From: Bdellovibrionales bacterium
GTDB taxonomy: Bacteria > Bdellovibrionota > Bdellovibrionia > Bdellovibrionales > UBA1609
Length of the DNA: 64,000 nt
Direction of reading: 5' to 3'
Assembly: GCA_050249195.1 (NCBI GenBank)
Contig: JBFWQY010000026.1
Location: forward strand, 6,018 to 70,017
Shown here: piece after piece, positions 36,852-46,212 of the stretch
How the letters are laid out: each line of letters starts with the position of its first letter
How positions within the stretch are numbered: the first letter of the stretch is position 1
Translations under genes and position numbers: made by a program
The notes under the pieces: model-generated
The model's database searches: none
What the model was told of the DNA's origin: nothing
The model's input: the letters and a program-made list of their open reading frames with translations, nothing else

Positions 36852-37694
36852 ATGATAGGCTCCTCCTCTATGCTCGAGAGCTTCCTGATATTTCTTACCG
36901 GAATGCTGGCCAGCGGGTTCGGCACCTTAGTGGGCTTTGGCGGCGGAATCTTTGTAGTCCCTGTCCTTGTGATCCTCTTTCACGTGCAGATTCATCTGGC
37001 GGTGGGATCCGTTGTGCTCGCCTTGCTGCCCGCGGCGCTCGTGGCGACAGTTTTCAATGCTCGCGAACGCACCATTGATCCATTGGTGGCCTTATGGCTT
37101 GAGATCCCTACTATGGCGGGCGCTGTTTTGGGCGCGGCACTGACTTCATTGATTCCGGTGCGGGAATTGGAAGTCGCATTTGCCGTATTTGTTCTGTTTA
37201 TGGCTTATAAGATGAGGAAGCCTAAGCCTAGAACTGAGGATGGAGAGCAGGATCGCGGCCTCCTTGCCCGCCTGAATCGTGCGGGCTTTCAATTGCATCG
37301 CAAAAGAGCGGGTTGTTCATACAATGTCGGTGCCGGAGCGGCGGTGCTGTTCGGCTCTCTCTCCGGTCTCCTCGCTGGTCTTTTTGGAATTGGGGGCGGT
37401 TTTCTGAAGACTCCTGTCATGATCCGAGTCTTTGGTATGCCTGTACGCGTGGCTGTGGCTACGGCTCTCTTTATGATTGTCTTCACCAGCACGGCCGCGA
37501 GCGTGACCCACACCTCGCTCGGCCACCTGAGCTGGCCAATCGCTCTTCCCCTGGTTGCCGGATTTGCGTTTGGCGCGGCGATGGGCAATTTGATGAAGCG
37601 CCGGATTTCCGACGCGCGTACGGAGAAGCTCATTGCGGCGGCGTTGTTTCTGGCGGGCTTATCGATGCTTGTGCATGCGCTGGGGAAGGGCTGA
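36852..37694 (+). CDS. Sulfite exporter TauE/SafE (TSUP) family membrane protein
   Basis: Two GxGGG repeats (LVGFGGGIFVVP, LFGIGGGFLKTP), about 8 TM. Confidence 0.88.
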   Translation: MIGSSSMLESFLIFLTGMLASGFGTLVGFGGGIFVVPVLVILFHVQIHLAVGSVVLALLPAALVATVFNARERTIDPLVALWLEIPTMAGAVLGAALTSLIPVRELEVAFAVFVLFMAYKMRKPKPRTEDGEQDRGLLARLNRAGFQLHRKRAGCSYNVGAGAAVLFGSLSGLLAGLFGIGGGFLKTPVMIRVFGMPVRVAVATALFMIVFTSTAASVTHTSLGHLSWPIALPLVAGFAFGAAMGNLMKRRISDARTEKLIAAALFLAGLSMLVHALGKG

Positions 37695-37765
37695 AACGGA
37701 AATGGAAACAGGCTCCACGGGACGCCTGTCGCGACAGAGGAATCGCAGGAATGTCCTTCTGGCCT

Positions 37766-39355
37766 CTACTTTGCGGCTTCCGGTTTTGGTCCGCCTGAGG
37801 GCGGCGTGGTCGCGGCCGTGGCTGGCTTAGCCTCTTCTTTCGGGCATTCAGAAGCATTTTTTTGAAACGCTTCTTCGACCTTTCTGGCTAATGCGACTTC
37901 TTCATCTAGGCGCTTTTTTTCGGGATCGGCATCGGAAGTCAGTGGGTCTTTGGTGTACTCCTTGATTTTCTTCACGCCCTCGAGAATGATCGTTTCCGAG
38001 ACCGATGAGTTACTAATAAACTTGTCTCGTTCTATAATTTTTGCTTTGATTTCACTTGCCGGATCCTTAATGTTCTTTATGTCCGGAAGGAAAGCATCAT
38101 TGGCGCTGGTTGACTGGAAAAATTCGGGACGAGCTATCCGGCTGACGTCTGTCTTTTCAAATTTATAAGAACGGATGGAGCTGAGATCGACCTGGTTGTT
38201 CGCCCGGATAACATAACGAATTGCCGACAGAGGTAGACCCTTGTTTTCACCTTCTGTTCCTATCCTATAAGCGATAACGACTCGATTATCACCTTGGACC
38301 TCAAACACCTGGAACTCGTTAATGGCGGCGCTGGGACATCTCGGCTTGAGCACATCCACCTCTTTTCCGGTTGGGACCAGCGCCACCTTTTTCTTTTTAG
38401 CTTCGGCACACTCCGATATGGTTTTTTCATTCGCCAGGCATCGCGCCATGACGTCAAAAGGTACATCCAGATTGTTCACGATCTCCCGGCCCACGTAGCC
38501 GACTGTGAAAAGGGTCGAGCCTAGAAGGGCAGGCTTTATAACGCTGTTGTAAGCTTCCTTTGAGAACCAAGCGATCGCCTTTAACGGAGGCGTAAGCAAT
38601 GCTTTTCCAGCTTTGACTGAGGTCCTCACAGTGGCCGTGGTGGCTGGATGGGTGTAAACCTCCATTATGACGTTCTTGGCGACCTCATAAGAGGTGCGCG
38701 TTGCTGCTGACATGGAGCTCATCAAAGTGGTGCGAAACGCACCCACCGCCGTCGCGGCTGTGGCGGCCACCGCAGGATTATTGGCGACATAAACTGCCGC
38801 CCGTTGTGCGAGAATGACAGCTAAGGCACAACCGCCCTCGACGCAGATCTGCATAGCTATAGGCACTGCGAGTAATGGGTTGGCTTCAGCTCTCGGAAAG
38901 AGCAAATCAAAAGCGCGTTGAACCGGAATCGCACCCGTTCTTATTGCACGGCCCAACGCACCTTTGATCAGGTCACGCTGGATGTCAGCCTTACCATCCC
39001 AATCATGGGTGTAGATTTGGCCGTTGATCCTGTAACGCTGCTCGAACAAATCGACCATCTCGATTTCGAGGACCGCCTCACCTTTGTATTCAACGAGGAT
39101 CTTTGACTCCTCGACTCGCAGCTTTGGTAGTTTGAACCTCTTAAAAAAGGCGGCTCGTTCGTTGCGCGGCAGTAGGAGGGCGTAAACTTCGCGGAAATCG
39201 CCAGTGTCATGAAGCGAGTTGAATTCGTTTGCAAAGGCGCGCATGTAATTGCGTGCAAACTCCCGCCGAATTCGAACTTCATCCGCATTTGAGTATTGGG
39301 CAAAGCTAGGTGAAGCACTGGCGAACAAACTCAGGAGAAATACAAGGCGAAACAT
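37766..39355 (-). CDS. Hypothetical secreted protein with internal hydrophobic region
   Basis: 529-aa ORF, signal peptide ending SFA, GAGG SD; internal FDLLFPRAEA followed by Ala-rich hydrophobic helices. Confidence 0.8.
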   Translation of the reverse strand: MFRLVFLLSLFASASPSFAQYSNADEVRIRREFARNYMRAFANEFNSLHDTGDFREVYALLLPRNERAAFFKRFKLPKLRVEESKILVEYKGEAVLEIEMVDLFEQRYRINGQIYTHDWDGKADIQRDLIKGALGRAIRTGAIPVQRAFDLLFPRAEANPLLAVPIAMQICVEGGCALAVILAQRAAVYVANNPAVAATAATAVGAFRTTLMSSMSAATRTSYEVAKNVIMEVYTHPATTATVRTSVKAGKALLTPPLKAIAWFSKEAYNSVIKPALLGSTLFTVGYVGREIVNNLDVPFDVMARCLANEKTISECAEAKKKKVALVPTGKEVDVLKPRCPSAAINEFQVFEVQGDNRVVIAYRIGTEGENKGLPLSAIRYVIRANNQVDLSSIRSYKFEKTDVSRIARPEFFQSTSANDAFLPDIKNIKDPASEIKAKIIERDKFISNSSVSETIILEGVKKIKEYTKDPLTSDADPEKKRLDEEVALARKVEEAFQKNASECPKEEAKPATAATTPPSGGPKPEAAK

Positions 39356-39393
39356 TAAGCTACCTCAAACTGCAGGGGACACCTGCTCAAGTA

Positions 39394-39420
39394 TCATCGG
39401 TTGAATGCACGAAAACTTTA
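39394..39420 (-). promoter_or_regulatory. sigma28 (FliA) promoter
   Basis: Minus strand TAAAGTTT-11 nt-ACCGATGA versus consensus TAAAGTTT-N11-GCCGATAA. Confidence 0.65.
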
Positions 39421-39425
39421 TAATT

Positions 39426-39989
39426 CTAGTGATTTGGAATGATATTTAGCGGAATCGGGAGCAAGGGAGCTGAAACTTCGGAGTAGGACTCGGAAAGTCG
39501 ATTTGCAAGACGTTTCAACTGGTCCGAAGGGGCACTTCCTAAGTCTGCGTAATCCATCGCAATCAAACCTCTATCGCCTAAGGAAATGCGCCCCGTAAGC
39601 AGGAACGGCGGAAGGTCGTGCTGGTCACGTTCAAAGATGCGACTGAAGAAGAGCCAACATGAGCCAGGAAACTCGACGGCTATCACCTGTATGAGAAAGT
39701 GCCTTTCTCCCTTGGGGTGAGGAATGGTATTGAGCGCATGTATAATGCCTTCGTCGCCAGTCGTAATCCGGCACTGTGAATCTTTAACTTCGATCTGGAT
39801 GAGTTGGGATTTCCCGTCAACCTCGCCCGGACCGAGTGTCCCACGGAAAGTGGATTTCGTCGGAACGGCACTCCAAACCTGAAATGCCACCGCCCACAAA
39901 AGAAAAATTGGTCCGAAAAACAGGATTCGGCTTAAGCGAGCAGCCATCGCAAGGATCATAGTCATATTGACGGTGAAGAATAGCGTCAC
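39426..39989 (-). CDS. Hypothetical exported protein
   Basis: 187-aa ORF with a hydrophobic N-terminus; start uncertain (possibly 39947). Confidence 0.55.
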   Translation of the reverse strand: MTLFFTVNMTMILAMAARLSRILFFGPIFLLWAVAFQVWSAVPTKSTFRGTLGPGEVDGKSQLIQIEVKDSQCRITTGDEGIIHALNTIPHPKGERHFLIQVIAVEFPGSCWLFFSRIFERDQHDLPPFLLTGRISLGDRGLIAMDYADLGSAPSDQLKRLANRLSESYSEVSAPLLPIPLNIIPNH

Positions 39990-40128
39990 AGATATTCAGT
40001 GTAAATACTCGATGAAATAAAACCAGCTCTGTACATAACTTTTCCAGCTCGCGCTCCCTCAGCCCCAAGTCCAATTCTTCTTCCGCCCCGTAATGTTTTG
40101 AGATCAACCTGTCGACACACTCAGTACC

Positions 40129-40497
40129 ATGAATATCAAGACTCTTACCCCCGGTCCGATCGCGCCGCTAGAGCCTAAGAAAAAGGTGGAAAGTAAGGCG
40201 CGTGCGCAAGCCAGTACCGAGCGGGATGCCGACGGCCGGCGCGACCCAGGGGGCGAGGAACCCAGGCGCCATCTGACCCAACAAGAATTTGACGAAGCCC
40301 TTAAGGTTCTCGAGGAGCTGCCCGGACTTAAATCCCACAACCTTACGATCAAGGTCGAGGTGAAAGAGGATTGCCGCGTGATTCTCGTGATCGATCCCCA
40401 GGGGCAAATCATTCGCCGGCTATCAGAAAGCCAGCTGTGGGCCGCCACGCGCGACAAAGATCGCCACACGGGACGTATTCTAGACAAAGCGATGTAA
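40129..40497 (+). CDS. flaG: FlaG family flagellar protein
   Basis: VILVIDPQGQIIRRLSE pattern, C-terminal GRILDKAM, position upstream of fliD. Confidence 0.7.
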   Translation: MNIKTLTPGPIAPLEPKKKVESKARAQASTERDADGRRDPGGEEPRRHLTQQEFDEALKVLEELPGLKSHNLTIKVEVKEDCRVILVIDPQGQIIRRLSESQLWAATRDKDRHTGRILDKAM

Positions 40498-40559
40498 GTC
40501 ATTTTATTGACTCACGGCATCTCTTTTCCCTTTGCGAGAATGAAGGGAAGGAGGTGGGA

Positions 40560-41942
40560 ATGGCCCGCATCAGTTTCGGCGGAATGGCTTCAGGATTGCC
40601 GCCCAATATCGTCGAACAGCTGATGGAGGCCGAACGCCTTCCAATCAAGAACATTGAGGCCACCAAGGGGAAACAGGAAAACCGGCTCAAGCTTGTGACC
40701 GACCTTGAAACCAAACTCAACGGGATCACGGGCACGATCGGAGAGTTGGCTTCCACCAAAGGTTTCTCCGATATGAAGATCAATTCCGGTGATCCCAATA
40801 TCATCACCGGTGTCGTTGATCCCGGCGTTGCCACCAACGGCAGCTGGAACGTGGAGGTGCTGGAACTCGCGCAGAAGGCGGCGGCCATCACCAACGGATT
40901 TCCGGATAAGGACAAGACCGAAATCGGCGTGGGGTACTTTCGCTTCGACACGCCTGAGGGTCGAAAAGATGTCTACATCAACGGCGAAAATAACACCCTT
41001 GAAGGCGTGGCCAATGCCATCAACAGGGCCGGTATTGGAGTCAAGGCCACGGTCCTCAACGATCGCTCCGATCCCGATGAGCCGTTTAAACTCATGATCT
41101 CTGGCGATAGCGTGGGAGGAGAGAATCAAGTCAACTACCCCACGTTGTACTTTCTCGATGGAGACCAGGACCTTTACTTCGATCAGGAACGTGAGGCCAA
41201 GAACGGTCGCATCAAGGTGGACGGGTTCGAGTTCGAGATTGGCGACAATTCCATCAAGGACATCATTCCGGGGGTCACGCTGGATATCCGGCAGGCCAGC
41301 CCGGGACGGACCGTGAACATCAGCGTAAAAGAAGATATGGAAGTCGTCGTGGGAAAGATCAAGAGTTTTGTGGACGCCGTGAACGCAGTGTTGAGCTTCA
41401 TTCAGCAGCAGAACGCGCTCACTCAGGAGTCGGACACAAGCTCAACACTTGGCGGAGACAGCCTTCTTCGCAGTGTCGAAAATCGTTTTCGCCGCTTGAT
41501 TCAAAATCCGATCATGGGAACGGGAAGCGAGGTCACGCGGCTCAATCAACTCGGGATTGCATTCAACCGCAATGGAACCTTGGAGTTTGATCAAAAGAAA
41601 TTCAACGCCACGTTGGCTCAAAATCCTCCGGCTGTTCAGAAATTCCTCGCGGGGGACGGATTCAAGGTGGGCTTTATTCCAAGCCTACGCAATGAAATCA
41701 AGACTCTGATGAACTCGGCCTTTGGTCCCATCGCGATTCGCAAGCGCGCGCTTCAAGATCGTATCAGTCAGATGAACGACCAGATTGCCAACAAGGAACG
41801 AATGCTTGCGCGCAAAGAGGAGAGCTTACGCAATAAGTTCGCGAAGCTGGAAGAATCTATAAGTCGGCTCAAGGGCCAGGGCGGGCAACTCGCAGGTCTT
41901 GCGGGCGCCGGGGGCGGACAAATCCTTCCCGGAATGGGTTAA
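40560..41942 (+). CDS. fliD: Flagellar filament cap protein
   Basis: ISFGGMASGLP..IVEQLMEAER N-terminus, IKSFVDAVN, LGGDSLLR, C-terminal coiled coil; SD AAGGAGG before 40560. Confidence 0.93.
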   Translation: MARISFGGMASGLPPNIVEQLMEAERLPIKNIEATKGKQENRLKLVTDLETKLNGITGTIGELASTKGFSDMKINSGDPNIITGVVDPGVATNGSWNVEVLELAQKAAAITNGFPDKDKTEIGVGYFRFDTPEGRKDVYINGENNTLEGVANAINRAGIGVKATVLNDRSDPDEPFKLMISGDSVGGENQVNYPTLYFLDGDQDLYFDQEREAKNGRIKVDGFEFEIGDNSIKDIIPGVTLDIRQASPGRTVNISVKEDMEVVVGKIKSFVDAVNAVLSFIQQQNALTQESDTSSTLGGDSLLRSVENRFRRLIQNPIMGTGSEVTRLNQLGIAFNRNGTLEFDQKKFNATLAQNPPAVQKFLAGDGFKVGFIPSLRNEIKTLMNSAFGPIAIRKRALQDRISQMNDQIANKERMLARKEESLRNKFAKLEESISRLKGQGGQLAGLAGAGGGQILPGMG

Positions 41943-41990
41943 GTTCCGTGATGAGGCCGCCGATTGAAAATGGAGATGAATGAGACGAAC

Positions 41991-42383
41991 ATGAAAAGCG
42001 CGTATCAGAAGTACAAACAAACCTCGGTTCAAAGCGCCAGCAAGGAAAAGCTCCTTCTTATGCTCTATGAAGGCGCCATTCGTTTCATGAAGCAGGCCTT
42101 AATGGCCATTGACAAGAAGGATATCGCGGGTCGAGGCATGAATATCGGCCGGGCCTTCGATATCGTCAATGAATTGAACAACACCTTGAACCACGAGGCG
42201 GGCGGCGAAATCGCCAAAAACCTCGAGCAGCTGTACATGTTCATTAGCGAGCAGCTGACGAAATGCAATGCCTCCGGCGAGCGGAAACCGCTGGAGGACG
42301 CTCTGAGAATTATGGAAACGCTGCACTCGGGTTGGGTGGAAGCTGTGGAAAAACTGAAACGCGGGGACAACGTCAATAAATAG
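41991..42383 (+). CDS. fliS: Flagellin chaperone FliS
   Basis: YKQTSVQSASKEKLLLMLYEGAIRF, GGEIAKNLEQLY, LHSGW. Confidence 0.95.
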   Translation: MKSAYQKYKQTSVQSASKEKLLLMLYEGAIRFMKQALMAIDKKDIAGRGMNIGRAFDIVNELNNTLNHEAGGEIAKNLEQLYMFISEQLTKCNASGERKPLEDALRIMETLHSGWVEAVEKLKRGDNVNK

Positions 42384-42409
42384 GGTCTTAAACAGGTCAC
42401 GGAGGGCCA

Positions 42410-42835
42410 ATGGACACCATCATCAATCTGCTGAAGGACAAGAATTACCATCTGCAGAAGTTTTATCAGCTTAACGAGAGTGAGCTGTTGAACTTCACCG
42501 AGGGCTGCTTCGATAACCTCGAGATTTTTTATCAGTCCCGTGAGACGATTCTAGATCTCATTCGATGCATCGACCGGCTGATCGAGGCCGCGGCGGTTTC
42601 ACAGGGTGAACAGGTGACCCCCACCGACAGCCAAAAACAGGAAATGCTCAAGGCCATGAATACCAAAAATGATCTGGTCACCCGAATTCTCGCGCAGGAC
42701 CTGCAGATTCTCTCGGTCATTGAGCAAGCGAAGTCCGACATCATCAGGGAACTGCGGCAGGTCCAGGCTGCCAAGAAAGTCATGGGAGCTTATAAATCTG
42801 GCGAGCCTTCCGGGAAACTTGACGAAAAGGCGTGA
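42410..42835 (+). CDS. FliT/FlgN-like helical flagellar chaperone
   Basis: All-helical 141 aa directly after fliS; C-terminal KVMGAYKS...LDEKA. Confidence 0.55.
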   Translation: MDTIINLLKDKNYHLQKFYQLNESELLNFTEGCFDNLEIFYQSRETILDLIRCIDRLIEAAAVSQGEQVTPTDSQKQEMLKAMNTKNDLVTRILAQDLQILSVIEQAKSDIIRELRQVQAAKKVMGAYKSGEPSGKLDEKA

Positions 42836-42920
42836 CGGATTGATGACGCTGGACTGGTTTCTTCCGCACGGCCTTCGGCAAGGTTGCCCGATCAGAAAGA
42901 AATAAGCGCCCTCACAACAC

Positions 42921-42936
42921 TGGCACCACGGTTGCT
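42921..42936 (+). promoter_or_regulatory. sigma54 (RpoN) -24/-12 promoter
   Basis: TGGCACCACGGTTGCT, exact match to TGGCAC-N5-TTGCW. Confidence 0.8.
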
Positions 42937-42960
42937 GAACTCGAGATGTGGGAGGCGATC

Positions 42961-43890
42961 GTGGACAACCTACGACTAATGACTGAGCGGATGGTTCCGT
43001 ATGGAACCGAATCCAACGTTAAGCAAGGCCCGTACCTTCGACAGAACCCTGGCAGCCCTCCGCAGCCGGTCCGACTTGACCTTGAAGATCTTTATTGCAT
43101 TCTCCAGATCGACCCCAACGATTCTTTGATCGCCATGGAATTGGCCCGCCGCCTTTCCCATCTTGGTCGCAAGGATGAGGCCTTGCGGATTTTGGAGAAC
43201 GTGGTGGCGATCGACTACCGTTTTGAAACCCTCCACGCCCTGGCGCAAGCCGCCTTTGATCTGGACCTCGTGGACGCGGCCTTTGAGCACATGCAGCATG
43301 CGCTGTTGATCGCGCCGGAGGATCATCCCTTGCTGTTTGATGCTTTTAAATCCCTGGGGAACTTGTTTGTCCGTCGAGGCGACTTTGACTCCGCCGAGGA
43401 CAGTTACAATAAGGCCCATCGCCTCAATCCCAGTTCGGATGTGCTTCATGTCAATATGGGCACGTTAAACATGCAACGTCAGAACTGGGACGAAGCAGTT
43501 GAAAAATTCAGAATGGCGCTTAGTCTAAATATAAAGAATGACAAAGCATGGGTCGGGCTTGCGCTTGGTCACCGCCTGAAGGGGGACTGGGAACTGGCCT
43601 GGGGCAACGTTGAAGCGGCGCTTGAAATTAATCCGCTAAACGAAGTGGCGTTGACTCTCGCGCTCGAATGGGGCGCGCGCGAGGGGCGGGAGTTTCGCGT
43701 TCTGGAACTGATTCGTAATTATCTGGTTGAGGGTGGATGGAACGAGAAACTGAGTCTGGCGTTTGTTTGGCTGAGCTGGAAACGGGGAGACCTGATGGTC
43801 GCTCGTCTCGAACTCGAACGTCTCCTCGCCGTGAATCCAGGCCACCCGCAAGCGCTCGCGATCGCGCGCGAGATGAGGTCGAGCCATTGA
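42961..43890 (+). CDS. Tetratricopeptide repeat protein
   Basis: Multiple TPRs (AFKSLGNLFVRRGDFDSAEDSYNKAHRLNP); GTG start after GGGAGG is consistent with the sigma54 start site. Confidence 0.88.
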   Translation: MDNLRLMTERMVPYGTESNVKQGPYLRQNPGSPPQPVRLDLEDLYCILQIDPNDSLIAMELARRLSHLGRKDEALRILENVVAIDYRFETLHALAQAAFDLDLVDAAFEHMQHALLIAPEDHPLLFDAFKSLGNLFVRRGDFDSAEDSYNKAHRLNPSSDVLHVNMGTLNMQRQNWDEAVEKFRMALSLNIKNDKAWVGLALGHRLKGDWELAWGNVEAALEINPLNEVALTLALEWGAREGREFRVLELIRNYLVEGGWNEKLSLAFVWLSWKRGDLMVARLELERLLAVNPGHPQALAIAREMRSSH

Positions 43891-44507
43891 TTGATATTGT
43901 GACCTCCTCCACTGGAGATCCCGTCGTCCGGTTTCAAGGCAAGCTCTTGGCGTCGCGCTTTGATCCGCGGATGGAAGCGAAGTCATGGCTCGCGCGCCGA
44001 AGCCTGTTTGTGGATAAGATCGAGGGCGTCTTCGTCCTAGGTCTGGGCTCGGGCTACCATGTGTTGGAGCTCCAGCGCGCCACTTCGGGGCGGATCATGG
44101 TAATCGAACCCAATCCTGACATCATTGCCGCGGCTAAATCCATACATACCTTCGACTCCGCCCGCGTGATGATCGAGTGTGTGACTTCCGCTCGAGAGCT
44201 GCGCGCGAGTGAGAATGTCAAGAAGCTGCTGATGAAGAGTTTCACGGTCCTCCAACACGCGCCTTCGGTGGCATTGTCACCTAAGCTACACAAGGCGTGC
44301 GCGACTCAGTTGATGGGACGCGACTGGGGCAGCTTAAGCTGGCAGTGGCAGTTACGCGAAGGTTACAGCTTGGAAACCAATCCCCGTGTCGAGAGTGCAG
44401 TCGGCGCGCCTTTGACGATCTATGATTTGGAACAAACGGAGCTGGTCCAGAATTCCGAGGAGCGGGAACGCTTGCTGATCAAAGCGCTACGGGAGCTGGT
44501 GAAGTGA
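43887..44507 (+). CDS. Protein resembling the N-terminal domain of Maf (motility-associated factor) proteins
   Basis: LLASRFDPRMEAKSW, VFVLGLGSGYHV, IMVIEPN; TTG start overlapping the TPR stop. Confidence 0.6.
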   Translation: MIDIVTSSTGDPVVRFQGKLLASRFDPRMEAKSWLARRSLFVDKIEGVFVLGLGSGYHVLELQRATSGRIMVIEPNPDIIAAAKSIHTFDSARVMIECVTSARELRASENVKKLLMKSFTVLQHAPSVALSPKLHKACATQLMGRDWGSLSWQWQLREGYSLETNPRVESAVGAPLTIYDLEQTELVQNSEERERLLIKALRELVK

Positions 44508-46033
44508 AAATTCTTGTGTTGAGCCTGTTGCGCCTAGGGGATTTCATTCAGATCGTTCCCATTCTTGAAGGGCTGAGCGCGCGGTATCCACAGGCGCAGA
44601 TCGATGTATTTACACATTCTCCAGCAAAGGCGCTGCAGCCCATGCTTCATGGCGTCCGTCGGTGGTGGACACTCGATCGCGAAGAACTCCAGCAGGGACT
44701 GGGTCGGGCGGATGTCCCCCTGTTGACATCGTTTGACGTTCTCCGCGAGCACCTTGATTCCATGAACTCCGCGAACTATGACTTGGTTATCAACCTCACT
44801 CAGACGCGGTTTTCCGGCTGGATTATGGGTTACTTGGAAGGGCGCGATAAGCTGGGACTGACTTTCAGCCCGGGTGGACAGGCCCGCTTTCATTCCCCAT
44901 GGTTCCGGTACTTGGATCAACATGCGGCGGCCTCCTCGGCGGATGTTTTCCACTACACGGATATCTTTCACCTTGCCTGTGGATTAAAGGAGATTCCGCG
45001 CTCATGGAAATTCAGCGTTACGGCGCGAGGAGAGACCGAAGTCACGGCCTTGAACCTCGGGTCGGGAGAGCGCGTCGCTTGTCAGGTCTTCACTTCCGAC
45101 ACGAAAAAAACATGGGGTGAAGACCAATGGACGGAGCTTCTCACGGGCTTGCGCGCGGAGCGTCCGGAGGCGGAGATTTATCTCCTCGGCGCCGCCAATG
45201 AGGAGGAGCGTCTGTCTCGAATTCAGGTTCGGGTCCCGGGTGTGCGCAAAGCGATTCTTTCTTTGGAAGGTGTGCTCTCGCTCTTGCATCGAACGGATCT
45301 TCTGATCACGGGAGACACGAGCATCAAGCATTTAGCCAACGCGACCGACACGAAAGTTCTTGAGTTGAGCTTAGGTCCCAGTGACTGGCGTCGTACCGGA
45401 ATCTACCGCGCGGACAATCTGATTTTGCAATCGCGTGAGGAATGCGCTCCTTGCGCCCACTCTTCTCCTTGCTCGCAAGCTTCGCACCTCTGCTCCGCGC
45501 GCATTTCGGCCGTAACGGTAAAAGATTTCGCAGTGGCGTTCCTGAACTCCGATTGGGAGGGCCTGCGAAGTCTGGCCGAGAAACATCGCTCAGCGCTTCA
45601 AGCCTTGCGCACCCGCCACACAAACATGGGATTTTGGTTTGCTTATGACCTGAACGGAGGCGAATGCGCTTTGGAGCGCATCCTGGAAAGATGTGCATGG
45701 AAGTTTATTCTTAGCGGCGACCTCAAGCGCCCGCTGGTCGAGTTGGGTAGCGAAAGTGTGCACCTTGCCGAAGAGGTGACACGGCTGTTCGGTAACACCG
45801 CTCCCATCATGCCCCACCTTGATTTTTTGGAAAAGGAACTGCACGCGCAGGAGGAAAAGGCCCGGTGTGGTCTACAGTCCTTCACACGCCAACCGCTGGG
45901 TTTTGTCGGTGGCGCGCCGGACCTTGGGCGCTTGCGCCAGATGCAAGCGTCCCTTGAGGAGCAGCACCGCAAGTTGGAGATCAAGTCAAAACTCGTCCGC
46001 TCACTTAAATCGCGGCTCACGGAGTACATATGA
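44504..46033 (+). CDS. Glycosyltransferase family 9 protein with C-terminal helical extension
   Basis: MKILVLSLLRLGDFIQ, LLITGDTSIKHLANA, CAPC..C..C motif. Confidence 0.85.
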   Translation: MKILVLSLLRLGDFIQIVPILEGLSARYPQAQIDVFTHSPAKALQPMLHGVRRWWTLDREELQQGLGRADVPLLTSFDVLREHLDSMNSANYDLVINLTQTRFSGWIMGYLEGRDKLGLTFSPGGQARFHSPWFRYLDQHAAASSADVFHYTDIFHLACGLKEIPRSWKFSVTARGETEVTALNLGSGERVACQVFTSDTKKTWGEDQWTELLTGLRAERPEAEIYLLGAANEEERLSRIQVRVPGVRKAILSLEGVLSLLHRTDLLITGDTSIKHLANATDTKVLELSLGPSDWRRTGIYRADNLILQSREECAPCAHSSPCSQASHLCSARISAVTVKDFAVAFLNSDWEGLRSLAEKHRSALQALRTRHTNMGFWFAYDLNGGECALERILERCAWKFILSGDLKRPLVELGSESVHLAEEVTRLFGNTAPIMPHLDFLEKELHAQEEKARCGLQSFTRQPLGFVGGAPDLGRLRQMQASLEEQHRKLEIKSKLVRSLKSRLTEYI

Positions 46034-46212
46034 ACAATAATGAGCAAGACAAACTCAAGGCGACATTGGCGAAGCTCGAACTCTCCATCCAGAAGGTCCT
46101 GGGCACTCGCGGCTATTCACACGATGCGAAGAGTTTGAAGTTACTGGAGAACTCGATCCGGGAGAGCTTGACCAATGAAAATACTCGTTCTGCAAATCGC
46201 CACGGACGCTGA
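46030..46212 (+). CDS. Possible 60-aa coiled-coil small protein
   Basis: ATGA overlap with the GT9 stop, GGAG SD, amphipathic helix; overlaps the next gene by 38 nt. Confidence 0.4.
   Translation: MNNNEQDKLKATLAKLELSIQKVLGTRGYSHDAKSLKLLENSIRESLTNENTRSANRHGR

Noticed and set aside
39817..40107. 96-aa minus-strand ORF upstream of the 187-aa gene
   Set aside because: Overlaps the 187-aa ORF in another frame and covers the flaG promoter region; no SD or recognisable motif
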